Positions 49,586 to 59,062 of a DNA stretch of 64,000 nucleotides are shown here, piece after piece; the stretch's first letter is position 1, and every line of letters starts with the position of its first letter. The stretch is taken from positions 65,182 to 129,181 of the forward strand of contig JAUPKX010000007.1 in the NCBI GenBank assembly GCA_030837225.1. The letters are read 5' to 3'. Position numbers and translations under genes: made by a program. Below the pieces are notes generated by a model. It worked only from the letters and a program-made list of their open reading frames with translations, ran no database searches and was not told the origin of the DNA. The DNA comes from Patescibacteria group bacterium (GTDB lineage Bacteria; Patescibacteriota; Minisyncoccia; Phycocordibacterales; Phycocordibacteraceae).

Positions 49586-50371
49586 TTATCGTACCACCTC
49601 GTTTGCCCGTCTCGTCACCACAATCGTCCCTTCGTCCTCAACGAGAATCGTATGCTCGGAATGGGACGAGATAGACCCATCACGAGACCGGTACGTATAG
49701 CCGTCTGGCGCGAGAATAACCGAACCCTTCCCTGCGTTTGCGATAGGCTCAAGCGCGAGCACCATACCGGCTTTTATCTCCTCACCGGTCCCTGCGTGGC
49801 CAAAGTTCGAGATATACGGCTCCTCGTGCACCTTATGCCCCACTGCATGTCCCCCGAGCACCTTCACTATGGAAAACTTTGTCTGCTTGAACACGCCTTC
49901 AATAGCATTAGAAATGTCACCAATACGTGCACCTGGGCGCGCGGCGGCAATACCCGCTTCCAGTGCCTCTTCGGTAGCGGCAATGAGCGCACTCGCTTCC
50001 TTGCTTACCTTCCCCACAGGAACCGTTACGGCAGAGTCCGTGATGAGTCCCTTGTGCACGATACCGAAGTCGAGCGAGACAATGTCGCCGGTCTTAAGGA
50101 TACGAGGCTTCTCGTTTGGTATCCCGTGCACCACCTCCTCGTTCACGGATACGCAGAGCGCAGCTGGAAATGGGCGCTGTGCGCCCTCTGGGGTGTAGCC
50201 CTTGAATGCCGGGAGGTCGCCCCCGTCGAGAATCATCTTGAGCGCTGCATCCTCAAGCTCCTCTGTCGACACACCAGGAGCAACCATACCCTCGAGTACT
50301 TCAAGTATGACGCCAAGGCGTCGTCCTGACTCAATGATGCCCTCACGCTCCTCTGGGGTGCGTACGATCAT
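49586..50371 (-). CDS. map: type I methionine aminopeptidase
   Basis: Metal ligands in conserved contexts (DIVSLDFG, GHAVGHKVHEEP, EP...), 261 aa. Confidence 0.9.
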   Translation of the reverse strand: MIVRTPEEREGIIESGRRLGVILEVLEGMVAPGVSTEELEDAALKMILDGGDLPAFKGYTPEGAQRPFPAALCVSVNEEVVHGIPNEKPRILKTGDIVSLDFGIVHKGLITDSAVTVPVGKVSKEASALIAATEEALEAGIAAARPGARIGDISNAIEGVFKQTKFSIVKVLGGHAVGHKVHEEPYISNFGHAGTGEEIKAGMVLALEPIANAGKGSVILAPDGYTYRSRDGSISSHSEHTILVEDEGTIVVTRRANEVVR

Positions 50372-50372
50372 A

Positions 50373-50987
50373 TTAGGTTAGTGCCGCGTGTATAGCCTCC
50401 TCTACCTTCTCAGGGGTCCCTGTCCCGTCGAGAACAGTAAGGAGATCCTTCTCGCGGAAGTAGTCGAGTACAGGGGCGGTATGGGCTTCGTAGACGGCGA
50501 GGCGGGTGCGAATCTTCCCTTCGGTTGAGCTATCAGGGCGATCTTCCTCCACCGCACGCGCAAGCATGCGCGCCATTACCTCCTCTTCAGAGACCTCGAG
50601 GTCGAGTGCGATATACGGACGCTCGACCCAATCCATGACACTCGCGAAGCGTTCCGCCTGTGCGCGGGTACGCGGATACCCGTCGCAGACGATGCCTTGG
50701 TCTGGCCGGAGCGCGAGCACTGCACCCTCGAAGAGATGGTTCGCGAACCAGTCCGGCAAGAGCTCGCCGGCATCGTACGCCTCGCGTACGTGATTAGCAA
50801 GCGGTCCCTCACCCTCACGAAGCGCCTTGAAGCGATCTCCGGTGGAGAAATGAACCCAGCCTAGCTTCTGTGCTAGGCGCTTAGCTTGGGTTCCCTTACC
50901 TGAGCCAGGGCGGCCGGTAAGGATCACGGTAATGATAGATGACTGCTGCATGACAGGAATGGTATCAGTTATGAAATAAGTCGGCAC
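50373..50987 (-). CDS. adk: adenylate kinase (short LID, no zinc knuckle)
   Basis: P-loop GRPGSGKGTQA, NMP-binding region, 204 aa. Confidence 0.85.
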   Translation of the reverse strand: MPTYFITDTIPVMQQSSIITVILTGRPGSGKGTQAKRLAQKLGWVHFSTGDRFKALREGEGPLANHVREAYDAGELLPDWFANHLFEGAVLALRPDQGIVCDGYPRTRAQAERFASVMDWVERPYIALDLEVSEEEVMARMLARAVEEDRPDSSTEGKIRTRLAVYEAHTAPVLDYFREKDLLTVLDGTGTPEKVEEAIHAALT

Positions 50988-51557
50988 CTACGCGAGCCCA
51001 ATTGCCCTTGCGACATCCTCCGCCACCTCTTCAGGAGGGCGTTCTCCGTCAATATCAATACAGGCACCAGCATTTCGGAATACTTCGAGCGCTTTTTCGG
51101 TATAGCGTGCGTACTCCTCAAGCCGTACCTGAACGAAATGGTCATCGGCGCGACCTGATTCATTCTTGCGGTTATCGAGACGGCGATGCACCTCATTGTT
51201 TGAGACGTCTATATTGAGAACAACGAACGAACGATCGAGAAGTTCTGCTGCGGCGATTATAAGATTCGCCTCCTCAATCTTCCGGTTAAAGCCATCGAAA
51301 ATGACGGGCTGGTCATGAGGAATGGTGAACAACGTCTTCAAGTAGAGGTACTCAACGAACCACGGCGGCGACAGGAGTCCCTGATCAATCTCAAGGCGTG
51401 TCCTCCGGCCGGCTGGAGTATCTTCCTCAGCAATTGCACGAAACTGGTCTCCAGACCCAAACATAGGCCAACCAGTCCTCGCTGCTAGCTGCTTTGCCTG
51501 TGTCCCCTTACCACTTCCTGGCTTACCGAGAAAGAAGATGGTCTTCGGTGTTTCCAT
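50988..51557 (-). CDS. second adenylate-kinase-family NMP kinase (tandem paralog)
   Basis: P-loop GKPGSGKGTQAKQLA, 189 aa; directly upstream of adk and downstream of secY. Confidence 0.8.
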   Translation of the reverse strand: METPKTIFFLGKPGSGKGTQAKQLAARTGWPMFGSGDQFRAIAEEDTPAGRRTRLEIDQGLLSPPWFVEYLYLKTLFTIPHDQPVIFDGFNRKIEEANLIIAAAELLDRSFVVLNIDVSNNEVHRRLDNRKNESGRADDHFVQVRLEEYARYTEKALEVFRNAGACIDIDGERPPEEVAEDVARAIGLA

Positions 51558-51614
51558 GTAGCTGTTACTCTAGCATTTCCTACATATAAAGAGCCCCCGA
51601 AGGAGCTCTTTATT

Positions 51615-52877
51615 CTAGTACTCGCGAAGCGAAGCCTGCGCGTCGATCTTCCGGATAAGATCGAGCACCACGTTCACAACGATGAGAAGCGCGGTGCCGC
51701 CAATGAGGATCGCGGTGATACCCGTGAGGCCCTGGATGATGAACGGAATAACCGCAACCAAACCGAGGAAGACTGCACCTGGAAGCGTCACACGGTTAAC
51801 CACTGCACCAATAAAGTTCTCGGTCTCGCGGCCTGGGCGCACGCCTGGGACAAAGGCCCCGGACTTCTGAAGGTTATCCGCTACGCGCTTCGGCTCGAAC
51901 GTAATTGAGGTGTAGAAGAAGGTGAACATAACCACGAGCACGAAGTAGAGTGCGCCGTATGCGAACGGATTCGCTGCAAAGGCCGTGTAGCCTGCGAGCG
52001 CACCTGCCATACCCGCCACTCCAATAGCCGAGAGCCCGGTTAGGATCATCTGCGGAAGAAGGAGAAGTGAGAGCGCGAAGATAATCGGCATCACACCAGC
52101 CTGAAGGAGGCGAATCGGTAGGTAGGTTGGTGCTGCTCCGCCACGGGCTGCACGGGCGTAATGGATCGGGATAGAGCGCTCAGCCTCAGAGACAAGCACA
52201 ACCGCGAAGACAACCAAGAGACCAAGAAGGATGAATCCGAGGTACGCCGGGATATTCGCTGCTGTTGCAGTGAAGAGAAGCTGTGCGAGACCCGCAGGAA
52301 GAGCGGCCACAATACCAGCGAAGATAATGAGCGAAACACCGTTGCCGATACCGAACTCAGTGATGAGCTCGCCGATCCACATAAGGAGCATGGAACCAGC
52401 GGCGATAAGGAAGACGTTAACCGCAAAATCAAACGGGGTAACGGTGCGAACAATACCCTGGCTCTCAAGCAACGAAAGGAACGCTACGCCCTGTAGAATC
52501 GCGAGTGGAATAGAAAGCGCACGAGAGATCGAGGTGAACTTGGTGCGTCCTGCCTCCCCTTCCTCGCTGTACATCGCCTTAACCTGCGGGATGAGCACGG
52601 TAGCGAGCTGCATGATAATGGAGGCCGTAATGTACGGACCTACACCGAGCATAACGATGGAAAGATTCGAGAGACCACCTCCCGAGAAGATATTCAAAAG
52701 GCCGAGAAACTGGTTGTTCGTGAAGAACTGCTCGAGCGCAATGCGATCAACACCAGGGATCGGTACCGCCGCAAGGAAGCGGAACACGGCGAAAGCGCCC
52801 AGGATAAAGAGTATCCGGTTCCTGATGACCCGATCCGAGAAGATGACCTGTACCTTGTGAATCGCCTTAGCAAACAT
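51615..52877 (-). CDS. secY: preprotein translocase subunit SecY
   Basis: 10-TM SecY architecture, 420 aa, position after rplO. Confidence 0.95.
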   Translation of the reverse strand: MFAKAIHKVQVIFSDRVIRNRILFILGAFAVFRFLAAVPIPGVDRIALEQFFTNNQFLGLLNIFSGGGLSNLSIVMLGVGPYITASIIMQLATVLIPQVKAMYSEEGEAGRTKFTSISRALSIPLAILQGVAFLSLLESQGIVRTVTPFDFAVNVFLIAAGSMLLMWIGELITEFGIGNGVSLIIFAGIVAALPAGLAQLLFTATAANIPAYLGFILLGLLVVFAVVLVSEAERSIPIHYARAARGGAAPTYLPIRLLQAGVMPIIFALSLLLLPQMILTGLSAIGVAGMAGALAGYTAFAANPFAYGALYFVLVVMFTFFYTSITFEPKRVADNLQKSGAFVPGVRPGRETENFIGAVVNRVTLPGAVFLGLVAVIPFIIQGLTGITAILIGGTALLIVVNVVLDLIRKIDAQASLREY

Positions 52878-52880
52878 AGG

Positions 52881-53333
52881 CTAGGAGATGAGCGAACCGC
52901 CGGCGGCTTCTACCGCAGTCTTTGCGGCTTCAGAGAACGAGCATGCGGAGATGGAGAGCTTCTTTGTAAGCGTACCGGTGCCGAGGATCTTTACGTACGA
53001 GACCTTGCCGCCACGTGCAGTGATGAGTCCCTTCTTGTAGAGAGTCTCTGGGTTTACGGTGTCGCCTGCATCGAATGCTGCCTCAAGCGTTGAGAGGTTG
53101 ATTGGCTCGTACTCATGGCGCTTCGCGCGTACGGTACGTGCACGGTTCTTTCCGTGTCCGCGACGCTTTGGGAGCTTCTTAAGGAGATCGCGCATCTCAG
53201 GACGCTTCTTGTGTCCTGCACGGGCGTTCTGGCCCTTGGTACCGCGACCCGAGGTCTTACCGCGCTTACCACCACGACCAACACGAGGTGTTGTTATGCG
53301 AGCGGTCTTCGGAGCGAGAGTGTTGGACTGCAT
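52881..53333 (-). CDS. rplO: 50S ribosomal protein L15
   Basis: Gly/Arg/Lys-rich N-terminus (GRGGKRGKTSGRGTKGQNARAG) typical of L15. Confidence 0.9.
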   Translation of the reverse strand: MQSNTLAPKTARITTPRVGRGGKRGKTSGRGTKGQNARAGHKKRPEMRDLLKKLPKRRGHGKNRARTVRAKRHEYEPINLSTLEAAFDAGDTVNPETLYKKGLITARGGKVSYVKILGTGTLTKKLSISACSFSEAAKTAVEAAGGSLIS

Positions 53334-53344
53334 AGAAATAAGGG

Positions 53345-53971
53345 TTAGCGAGTGCCGGCCATAGCGAGAGCGGCTACGGTTGCGCGCGCGATAGTGAGCT
53401 TGTTCTTGGTGCGGGTGAGGATCTTTGCGATCACGTTGGTGACGCCAGCGTGCTCAAGCACAGTACGCATAGCGGATCCTGCAACCACACCACGACCTGG
53501 AGAAGGAATGATAGTGACAATTGAGGACGAGTTCTTGATCGATACATCGTGTGCGATCGAGTTCTCTGGAGTGCGCTTTACGGTGATGAGGTGCTTCTTT
53601 GCATCGCGAACTGCCTTGTCGATAGCGAGTGCAGTGTCAGCACCCTTGCCGAGTCCTACACCAACCCTTCCTTTCTTGTCGCCGATAACAACAGTAACGG
53701 AGAAGGAGAAACGACGACCACCAGCCATAACACGAGCTACACGGCGAACCTCGAGGGTTGCCTGCTCGAACTCGGAACGCTCACGAGGAGCGCGAGGGCC
53801 ACGGGAGTCCCTACGTCCGCCGCCAGGTCCTCCACGTCCACGCTGTGGACCGCTGCGGAAGTTGCCGCGCGCTGGTGCGGCGTCAGCTGCAGGAGCCTGT
53901 GCCTCAACCACTGCCTCTGGGACAACTGCTGGTGCGTCGGTATTCGTGTCGAGGGTAGTAGTGTCAGTCAT
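53345..53971 (-). CDS. rpsE: 30S ribosomal protein S5 with about 60 aa low-complexity N-terminal extension
   Basis: Conserved core EVRRVARVMAGGRRFSFSVTVVIGDKKGRVGVGLGKG. Confidence 0.95.
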   Translation of the reverse strand: MTDTTTLDTNTDAPAVVPEAVVEAQAPAADAAPARGNFRSGPQRGRGGPGGGRRDSRGPRAPRERSEFEQATLEVRRVARVMAGGRRFSFSVTVVIGDKKGRVGVGLGKGADTALAIDKAVRDAKKHLITVKRTPENSIAHDVSIKNSSSIVTIIPSPGRGVVAGSAMRTVLEHAGVTNVIAKILTRTKNKLTIARATVAALAMAGTR

Positions 53972-53974
53972 GTA

Positions 53975-54319
53975 TTAGAAAGTAAGTCCGTTCTCGCGTG
54001 CGGCATCTGCAACCATCTTGATCTGGCCACCATACTCGAAGCCGCCACGATCGAAGACAACAGTGTCGATACCAGCCGTCTTAGCTGCTTCAGCAACTGC
54101 CTTACCGACCGCTGCTGCCTGCACCGAGAGAGAACCTGGGAACTTGCTGCCGTGCGCTGCTGCGAGTGTCTTCTCAGCCTCGTCATCGATAACCTGAGCC
54201 GAGATGAACTTGTTCGACTTGTAGACCGCAAGGCGAGGACGCGCTGCAGTGCCATTGATCTTCGCGCGCACGCGGTTGTGGCGTCGATCGCGGAGTTCTT
54301 TCTTAGTTGGAGTAGCCAT
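53975..54319 (-). CDS. rplR: 50S ribosomal protein L18
   Basis: RLAVYKSNKFISAQVIDD ... conserved L18 pattern. Confidence 0.95.
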   Translation of the reverse strand: MATPTKKELRDRRHNRVRAKINGTAARPRLAVYKSNKFISAQVIDDEAEKTLAAAHGSKFPGSLSVQAAAVGKAVAEAAKTAGIDTVVFDRGGFEYGGQIKMVADAARENGLTF

Positions 54320-54328
54320 ACGTAATTA

Positions 54329-54862
54329 TTAGACAGCCTTCTTACCCTGCTTGCGGCGGATAACCTCGTTGTCGTACGCGATGCCCTTTCCGAGGTATGG
54401 CTCCGGTGGCTTGATGCCGCGGACTTCTGCCGCGAACTGGCCAACCTTCTGCTTGTCAGCGCCTTCGATGGTGATGGTGAGCTTCTCGACCTTCGCCTCG
54501 ATTCCCTCAGGGATCGGCATGGTTACCTGGTGCGAGAATCCGACGTTGAAGACGAGGTCGCGACCGCGGAGCTCTACCTTGAATCCCACACCCTTCATGA
54601 TGAGGACCTTCTTGAACGGAGTCTCAACGCCTGACATCATCGCGCGAGCGTGTGCAGCGAAGGTTCCGGTGAGCGCGCGAGCGAGCTTCGAGGAATTCGC
54701 GGGTGCAATCTGAAGTCCTTCAGACGTAACGTCCATGGTGATTGCCGAGTGGATCGGCATCGCAAGCGTTGCGTTTGATCCCTTCACCGTGAAGACACCA
54801 CCGTCAGTCGTGACAGTTACCTTCGAAGGGATTGCGATTGGCTTCTTTGCAAGACGGGACAT
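54329..54862 (-). CDS. rplF: 50S ribosomal protein L6
   Basis: MSRLAKKPIAIPSKVTV... duplicated L6 domains. Confidence 0.95.
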   Translation of the reverse strand: MSRLAKKPIAIPSKVTVTTDGGVFTVKGSNATLAMPIHSAITMDVTSEGLQIAPANSSKLARALTGTFAAHARAMMSGVETPFKKVLIMKGVGFKVELRGRDLVFNVGFSHQVTMPIPEGIEAKVEKLTITIEGADKQKVGQFAAEVRGIKPPEPYLGKGIAYDNEVIRRKQGKKAV

Positions 54863-54877
54863 AGTACTAAAAATGAA

Positions 54878-55267
54878 TTACCAGATCTCAAAGAGATTCT
54901 CGCCACCGACGCGGACCTTGCGAGCCTCAGCGTCAGTTAGGACACCACGAGGGGTCGAGATAAGGCGAGCGCCCATACCGTTCTTAACGCTGTGCGCTTC
55001 TGCGGACGGGGTGTAGAGCCTGCGACCTGGCTTTGAAACCCGCTTTACGCCGCTAATAGCGTGGCGGCCGCGCTCGTCATACGCGAGAGTAACCTCGAAC
55101 TCGTATGGCTTCTTGCCCTTCTCGACGCCTGCGACGTACCCAAGGGACTTCAACTTGTGTGCGATCTCCTCAACGTGCTTCGAAAACGGCACCGATACCG
55201 TCGGCTTGTTGATTGCGCCTGCATTCTTGAGGCGGATGATGAAATCTCCTACGCGGTCAGATACCAT
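54878..55267 (-). CDS. rpsH: 30S ribosomal protein S8
   Basis: MVSDRVGDFIIRLKNA...; the ORF-track start at 55375 would overlap rpsN, so an internal Met was chosen. Confidence 0.9.
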   Translation of the reverse strand: MVSDRVGDFIIRLKNAGAINKPTVSVPFSKHVEEIAHKLKSLGYVAGVEKGKKPYEFEVTLAYDERGRHAISGVKRVSKPGRRLYTPSAEAHSVKNGMGARLISTPRGVLTDAEARKVRVGGENLFEIW

Positions 55268-55274
55268 ACGAAAA

Positions 55275-55544
55275 TTACCAAGAAGCCTTCTTAACACCCG
55301 GGATCTTACCCTCGCGGGCGAGTTCGCGGAACATGATGCGGGAGAGACCGAACGGGCGCATGTAGCCACGTCCACGTCCCGTAACCGCGCAGCGGTTCTT
55401 TACGCGGGTAGGGCTCGAGTTCTTCGGGAGCTTCTGAAGGCCTTCCCAATCACCCGCAGCCTTAAGAGCAGCGCGCTTGTCAGCGTACTTCGCGACGAGC
55501 TTTATGCGCTTTTCATTGCGGGCGAGTTGGGATGCTTTGGCCAT
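55275..55544 (-). CDS. rpsN: 30S ribosomal protein S14 (long, zinc-less type)
   Basis: [13 protein letters not shown]... [11 protein letters not shown] ... 89 aa. Confidence 0.9.
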   Translation of the reverse strand: MAKASQLARNEKRIKLVAKYADKRAALKAAGDWEGLQKLPKNSSPTRVKNRCAVTGRGRGYMRPFGLSRIMFRELAREGKIPGVKKASW

Positions 55545-55615
55545 AAGAAAAAATAGCTCCGGGGAGCCGTAGAGCTAATCTATCAGCTAGGAAGTAGGCT
55601 GTCAAACCAATGAAG

Positions 55616-55644
55616 AGGGCCCCGCAGATTGCTCTGCGGGGCCT
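55616..55644 (-). terminator. stem-loop (putative terminator/attenuator) between the hypothetical gene and rpsN
   Basis: gggccccgcag-attgct-ctgcggggcc, an 11-bp GC-rich stem; the U-tail is weak. Confidence 0.35.
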
Positions 55645-55655
55645 GAAGGAATCAG

Positions 55656-56057
55656 CTAGCCCCAGGAGACCATTAAGCCCGGCTGGGCGCCGTGGGAGTC
55701 GCCCCCGTCTGCCTGTACTGAGAAGCCTTCTGCCTGAAGGAACTCGGTAAGCGCTGCAACGAGGGTTTGTTCTTGGTAGTCTTCGAGCCCATCCGTGTCG
55801 TCGTAAATTCTGAACGTTGCTGACGGCAGGAATGCCCTTGAATTGCCGTCCTCGGCAGCATCCATAAGAGTCGATTTGAAGTGATTGGTATACGTAAATC
55901 GAATAGTGCGCCGTATTTCCCTTGCCACCGTTTCTTTCTTATTTCGGACACGTTCTGCCTCGGCAAGAACACGTTGTGTGCATTCCCGAAGTAATGCAGC
56001 TTCAGTTTTTCTCCGGCCCATATCCTTCTCCTGGCTAGTAACCTCTTCCTGCAGCAA
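55656..56057 (-). CDS. hypothetical protein inserted in the spc ribosomal operon between rplE and rpsN
   Basis: 133 aa ORF bracketed by hairpins on both sides; basic helical N-terminus and acidic C-terminal domain; no recognisable family. Confidence 0.5.
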   Translation of the reverse strand: MLQEEVTSQEKDMGRRKTEAALLRECTQRVLAEAERVRNKKETVAREIRRTIRFTYTNHFKSTLMDAAEDGNSRAFLPSATFRIYDDTDGLEDYQEQTLVAALTEFLQAEGFSVQADGGDSHGAQPGLMVSWG

Positions 56058-56121
56058 ACACTAATAGAGTCCTTAGGTCAAGAATCGTAGAGGCACGAGG
56101 AATATCTTTTCGCATTAGCAT

Positions 56122-56149
56122 CAAGAAAAAAGCCCGCGCGCGGCGGGCT
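56122..56149 (-). terminator. rho-independent terminator downstream of rplE
   Basis: Minus strand reads agcccgc-cgcgc-gcgggct followed by TTTTTTCTTG. Confidence 0.65.
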
Positions 56150-56170
56150 GTTTTCTTGGTGAAACTAAGA

Positions 56171-56707
56171 TTACTCAGCGTCCTTCTTGAACGGAATCCC
56201 GAGGTGGCGGAAGAATGCGTCTGCCTCCTCCTTGGTCTTCGCAGTTGTCACAAGCGTAATCGCGAGACCAAATACGTCCTTAAGGTCCTCTTCAGCGGTC
56301 TCCGGGAAGATCGTGTGGTCCTTGATACCGATAGTGAGGTTACCCATCTCATCAATCGCGGTTGCGTTAAGTCCACGGAAGTCGCGCGTACGAGGAAGCG
56401 TGATGTGGATGAGCTTCTCGAGGAACTCATTCATACGAGCGCCACGAAGCGTAACCTGGTACCCCACGATGTCTCCTTCACGCATCTTGAACTGTGCGAT
56501 GGATTGCTTGGCCGGACGTGCGGATGCCTTCTGGCCTGTGATACGAGCAAGACGGCTCTCAACGAGTGCCTTCTTCGCCTTGTCTGCCTTTCCAACACCG
56601 GACGAAACCGTAATCTTGAGGAGCTTCGGAGAAGCATTCACGTTCGTGTAACCGAACTTCTCCTTGAGAGTTTCGAATGCGCTAACCTGCTTTTCTTTAG
56701 TGATCAT
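56171..56707 (-). CDS. rplE: 50S ribosomal protein L5
   Basis: Conserved L5 sequence (FRGLNATAIDEMGNLTIGIKDHTIFPE). Confidence 0.95.
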   Translation of the reverse strand: MITKEKQVSAFETLKEKFGYTNVNASPKLLKITVSSGVGKADKAKKALVESRLARITGQKASARPAKQSIAQFKMREGDIVGYQVTLRGARMNEFLEKLIHITLPRTRDFRGLNATAIDEMGNLTIGIKDHTIFPETAEEDLKDVFGLAITLVTTAKTKEEADAFFRHLGIPFKKDAE

Positions 56708-56717
56708 ACTGAAATCG

Positions 56718-57062
56718 TTATGCGAGGGTAGTACCGCTCTTTACGGAGATACGTACGTTCTTGCCGTCCTTGTTAGCCTCGCGCTTCACGCGAGTACCCT
56801 TCTTCTCCTTTGGGTCGTAGAACATGACGTTCGAGATTGCGATAGCTGCAGGCTTCTCGACAATGCGTCCAGTCTGGCCGCGAAGTCCGCGGTTGTGACG
56901 CTTTACGAGTCCAACACCTTCAACAACAATCTTCGCATCCTCGCGAAGAATCTTCTCGACGGTTCCCGTCTTACCCTTGTCCTTGCCAGAGATAACGACA
57001 ACGGTGTCGCCTTTCTTCAACTTAAACTTTGCGGTCTGCTTTCCTTGAGTTGCCTTAGACAT
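56718..57062 (-). CDS. rplX: 50S ribosomal protein L24
   Basis: KOW motif KLKKGDTVVVISGKDKGKTGTV. Confidence 0.95.
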   Translation of the reverse strand: MSKATQGKQTAKFKLKKGDTVVVISGKDKGKTGTVEKILREDAKIVVEGVGLVKRHNRGLRGQTGRIVEKPAAIAISNVMFYDPKEKKGTRVKREANKDGKNVRISVKSGTTLA

Positions 57063-57073
57063 AGAAATAGAGA

Positions 57074-57451
57074 TTAGACGACTTCAGGCGCGATAGACGC
57101 GATGTTCTGCCAGCCCTTATCAACGAGGTCGCGAGGAACAGGACCGAAGACACGGTTACCCTTAGGACCCATCTCCTTACCCTGCTTCTCAATGAGGACA
57201 ACAGCGTTGTCATCAAAGCGAACATAGATACCGGACGCACGGCGGAACGCCTTGCGCTGGCGAACCACAACCGCCTTGTAGATATCCTTCTTCTTAACCG
57301 CCTTGCGAGGCTCTGCGGACTGGATGGATACAACCACCACGTCGCCAATCTCAGCGTATCGCTTCTTCGAGCCACCAAGCACCTTGAAGACGCGTGCGAC
57401 TTTACCGCCTGAGTTATCTGTGACCGCTACGATTGACTGTGGCTGTACCAT
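57074..57451 (-). CDS. rplN: 50S ribosomal protein L14
   Basis: MVQPQSIVAVTDNSGGK... conserved L14 N-terminus. Confidence 0.95.
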   Translation of the reverse strand: MVQPQSIVAVTDNSGGKVARVFKVLGGSKKRYAEIGDVVVVSIQSAEPRKAVKKKDIYKAVVVRQRKAFRRASGIYVRFDDNAVVLIEKQGKEMGPKGNRVFGPVPRDLVDKGWQNIASIAPEVV

Positions 57452-57457
57452 AAATAA

Positions 57458-57706
57458 TTACTTTACGAGCGTGAATGACTTACGCTTCGACTTTGGCGCG
57501 CAGGCGACGATAGTAACCTGATCCCCTACCTTGGCAGTGTTGCCCTCGTCATGCACGAGGAACTTCTTGGTACGGGTCTGGTACTTCTTGTACTTCGGGT
57601 GCTTAACATAACGCGATACCGCAACGGTGATCGTGTCAGTCATGGCCGTCTTTACGACGGTTCCCTTGAAGGACTGAGGCTTTGCGGTTGTTGGTGTAGT
57701 TTCCAT
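57458..57706 (-). CDS. rpsQ: 30S ribosomal protein S17
   Basis: KGTVVKTAMTDTITVAV...HDEGNTAKVGDQVTI. Confidence 0.95.
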   Translation of the reverse strand: METTPTTAKPQSFKGTVVKTAMTDTITVAVSRYVKHPKYKKYQTRTKKFLVHDEGNTAKVGDQVTIVACAPKSKRKSFTLVK

Positions 57707-57710
57707 AAAT

Positions 57711-57908
57711 TTATGCGTTGTTCTTCTGCGCGGTCTGCTCAGTTAGAAGACGAGCGATGTCCTTTCGGACCTTCGAGAGCTGGGAAGCGTCCTTTGCGCG
57801 GCCACCAGCGGCGCTGAAGCGAAGAGAACGGAGCTCTTCACGCTTCTCGCCGAGGAGCTTTACAATCTCCTCTGCCTTCTTACCCTTGAATGAAAGTTTC
57901 TTAGCCAT
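57711..57908 (-). CDS. rpmC: 50S ribosomal protein L29
   Basis: 65 aa helical protein at the expected position; LRSLRFSAAGG motif. Confidence 0.9.
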   Translation of the reverse strand: MAKKLSFKGKKAEEIVKLLGEKREELRSLRFSAAGGRAKDASQLSKVRKDIARLLTEQTAQKNNA

Positions 57909-57912
57909 GATA

Positions 57913-58332
57913 TTAGCGGGTGATGACGGTTGTCTTCAAAGGAAGCTTTGAACCGGCGCGGCGAAGTGCGTCACGAGCCTTTGCATCGTCGACGCCATCG
58001 AGCTCGAAGAGGATGCGTCCTGGACGTACCTCGAACACGAAGTGCTTCGGGTCTCCCTTACCCTTACCCATGCCCACCTCAGCCGGCTTGTTCGTGATAG
58101 GACGATCCGGGAAGATGCGGATCCAGAGCTTGCCTCCCTTTCCGGTTACGCGAGTAAGCACCTTACGAGCAGCCTCGATCTGGTTTGAGGTTACACGAGA
58201 CGGAGTCGTTGCGCGAAGACCGTAGGAACCAAACGCAACGGTGATACCACGAGTATCAGGGCGCGCGAGCTTCTCCGGGGACTTTCGTCCGGTCTGCCAC
58301 TTGCGGTGCTTAACTTTCTTAGGGAATAGCAT
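57913..58332 (-). CDS. rplP: 50S ribosomal protein L16
   Basis: MLFPKKVKHRKWQTGR... conserved L16 N-terminus. Confidence 0.95.
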   Translation of the reverse strand: MLFPKKVKHRKWQTGRKSPEKLARPDTRGITVAFGSYGLRATTPSRVTSNQIEAARKVLTRVTGKGGKLWIRIFPDRPITNKPAEVGMGKGKGDPKHFVFEVRPGRILFELDGVDDAKARDALRRAGSKLPLKTTVITR

Positions 58333-58343
58333 GGTAGTGGGTA

Positions 58344-59057
58344 TTAGCGGCGAGGGCCGTTAGTGGTCGGGCGCTCAGACGCAGGACGAGTACCGCTCTC
58401 AGCGTTGAAAGTCTCACCGAGGTAGATCCAAACCTTGATACCAAGGAGTCCGTACGGGAGAAGTGCCTCAACGTGTGCGTAGTCGATGTTTGCACGGAAG
58501 GTCTGAAGCGGAATACGACCGCGCTTGATCTGCTCAGTACGGCTCATGTCAGCACCTCCGAGGCGTCCTGAGAGAACAATACGGACACCGATAACCTCGC
58601 GAACCGCCATAACCTTCTCAACGGTCTGCTTAAGCACGCGGCGGAATGGCATGCGCTTCTCGAGTCCTTCAGCAACCATGTAGCCAACAACTGATGCGGA
58701 GGTCTCCGGCTGGCGGATCTCCATGATGTCGAGCTTTACCGCACGCTTAGCGCCCGTTGCCTTTGAGTTGATGAGTGCCGTTACTTCGTTGCGAAGCTTG
58801 GTTGCGTTCTCGCCTGAGCGGCCGATAACGATACCAGGACGCGCAGTGTGGAGGATGACACGAACCTCACCCTGCGAGCGCTCGATCTCCATGTCGGCGA
58901 TGTGCATAGCCTTTGCGCGCTTCTTGAAGTAGCCACGGATAGCAGCATCAACCGCAATGTTCTCGCGGTAGGACTTCTTGTCGCCAGCAAACCAGCGGCT
59001 CTTCCAGTCACGGATGATGCCAAGGCGATGCGCGTACGGATGGACAGTGTGAGTCAT
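58344..59057 (-). CDS. rpsC: 30S ribosomal protein S3
   Basis: KH domain and conserved S3 C-terminal domain (GIKVWIYLGE). Confidence 0.95.
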   Translation of the reverse strand: MTHTVHPYAHRLGIIRDWKSRWFAGDKKSYRENIAVDAAIRGYFKKRAKAMHIADMEIERSQGEVRVILHTARPGIVIGRSGENATKLRNEVTALINSKATGAKRAVKLDIMEIRQPETSASVVGYMVAEGLEKRMPFRRVLKQTVEKVMAVREVIGVRIVLSGRLGGADMSRTEQIKRGRIPLQTFRANIDYAHVEALLPYGLLGIKVWIYLGETFNAESGTRPASERPTTNGPRR

Positions 59058-59062
59058 GGTAA

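Noticed and set aside
53352-54325. Plus-strand ORFs of 208 and 258 aa overlapping rpsE/rplR
   Set aside because: They are antisense to highly conserved ribosomal protein genes. Their composition is Ala/Arg/Ser-rich with no motifs, so they are shadow ORFs.
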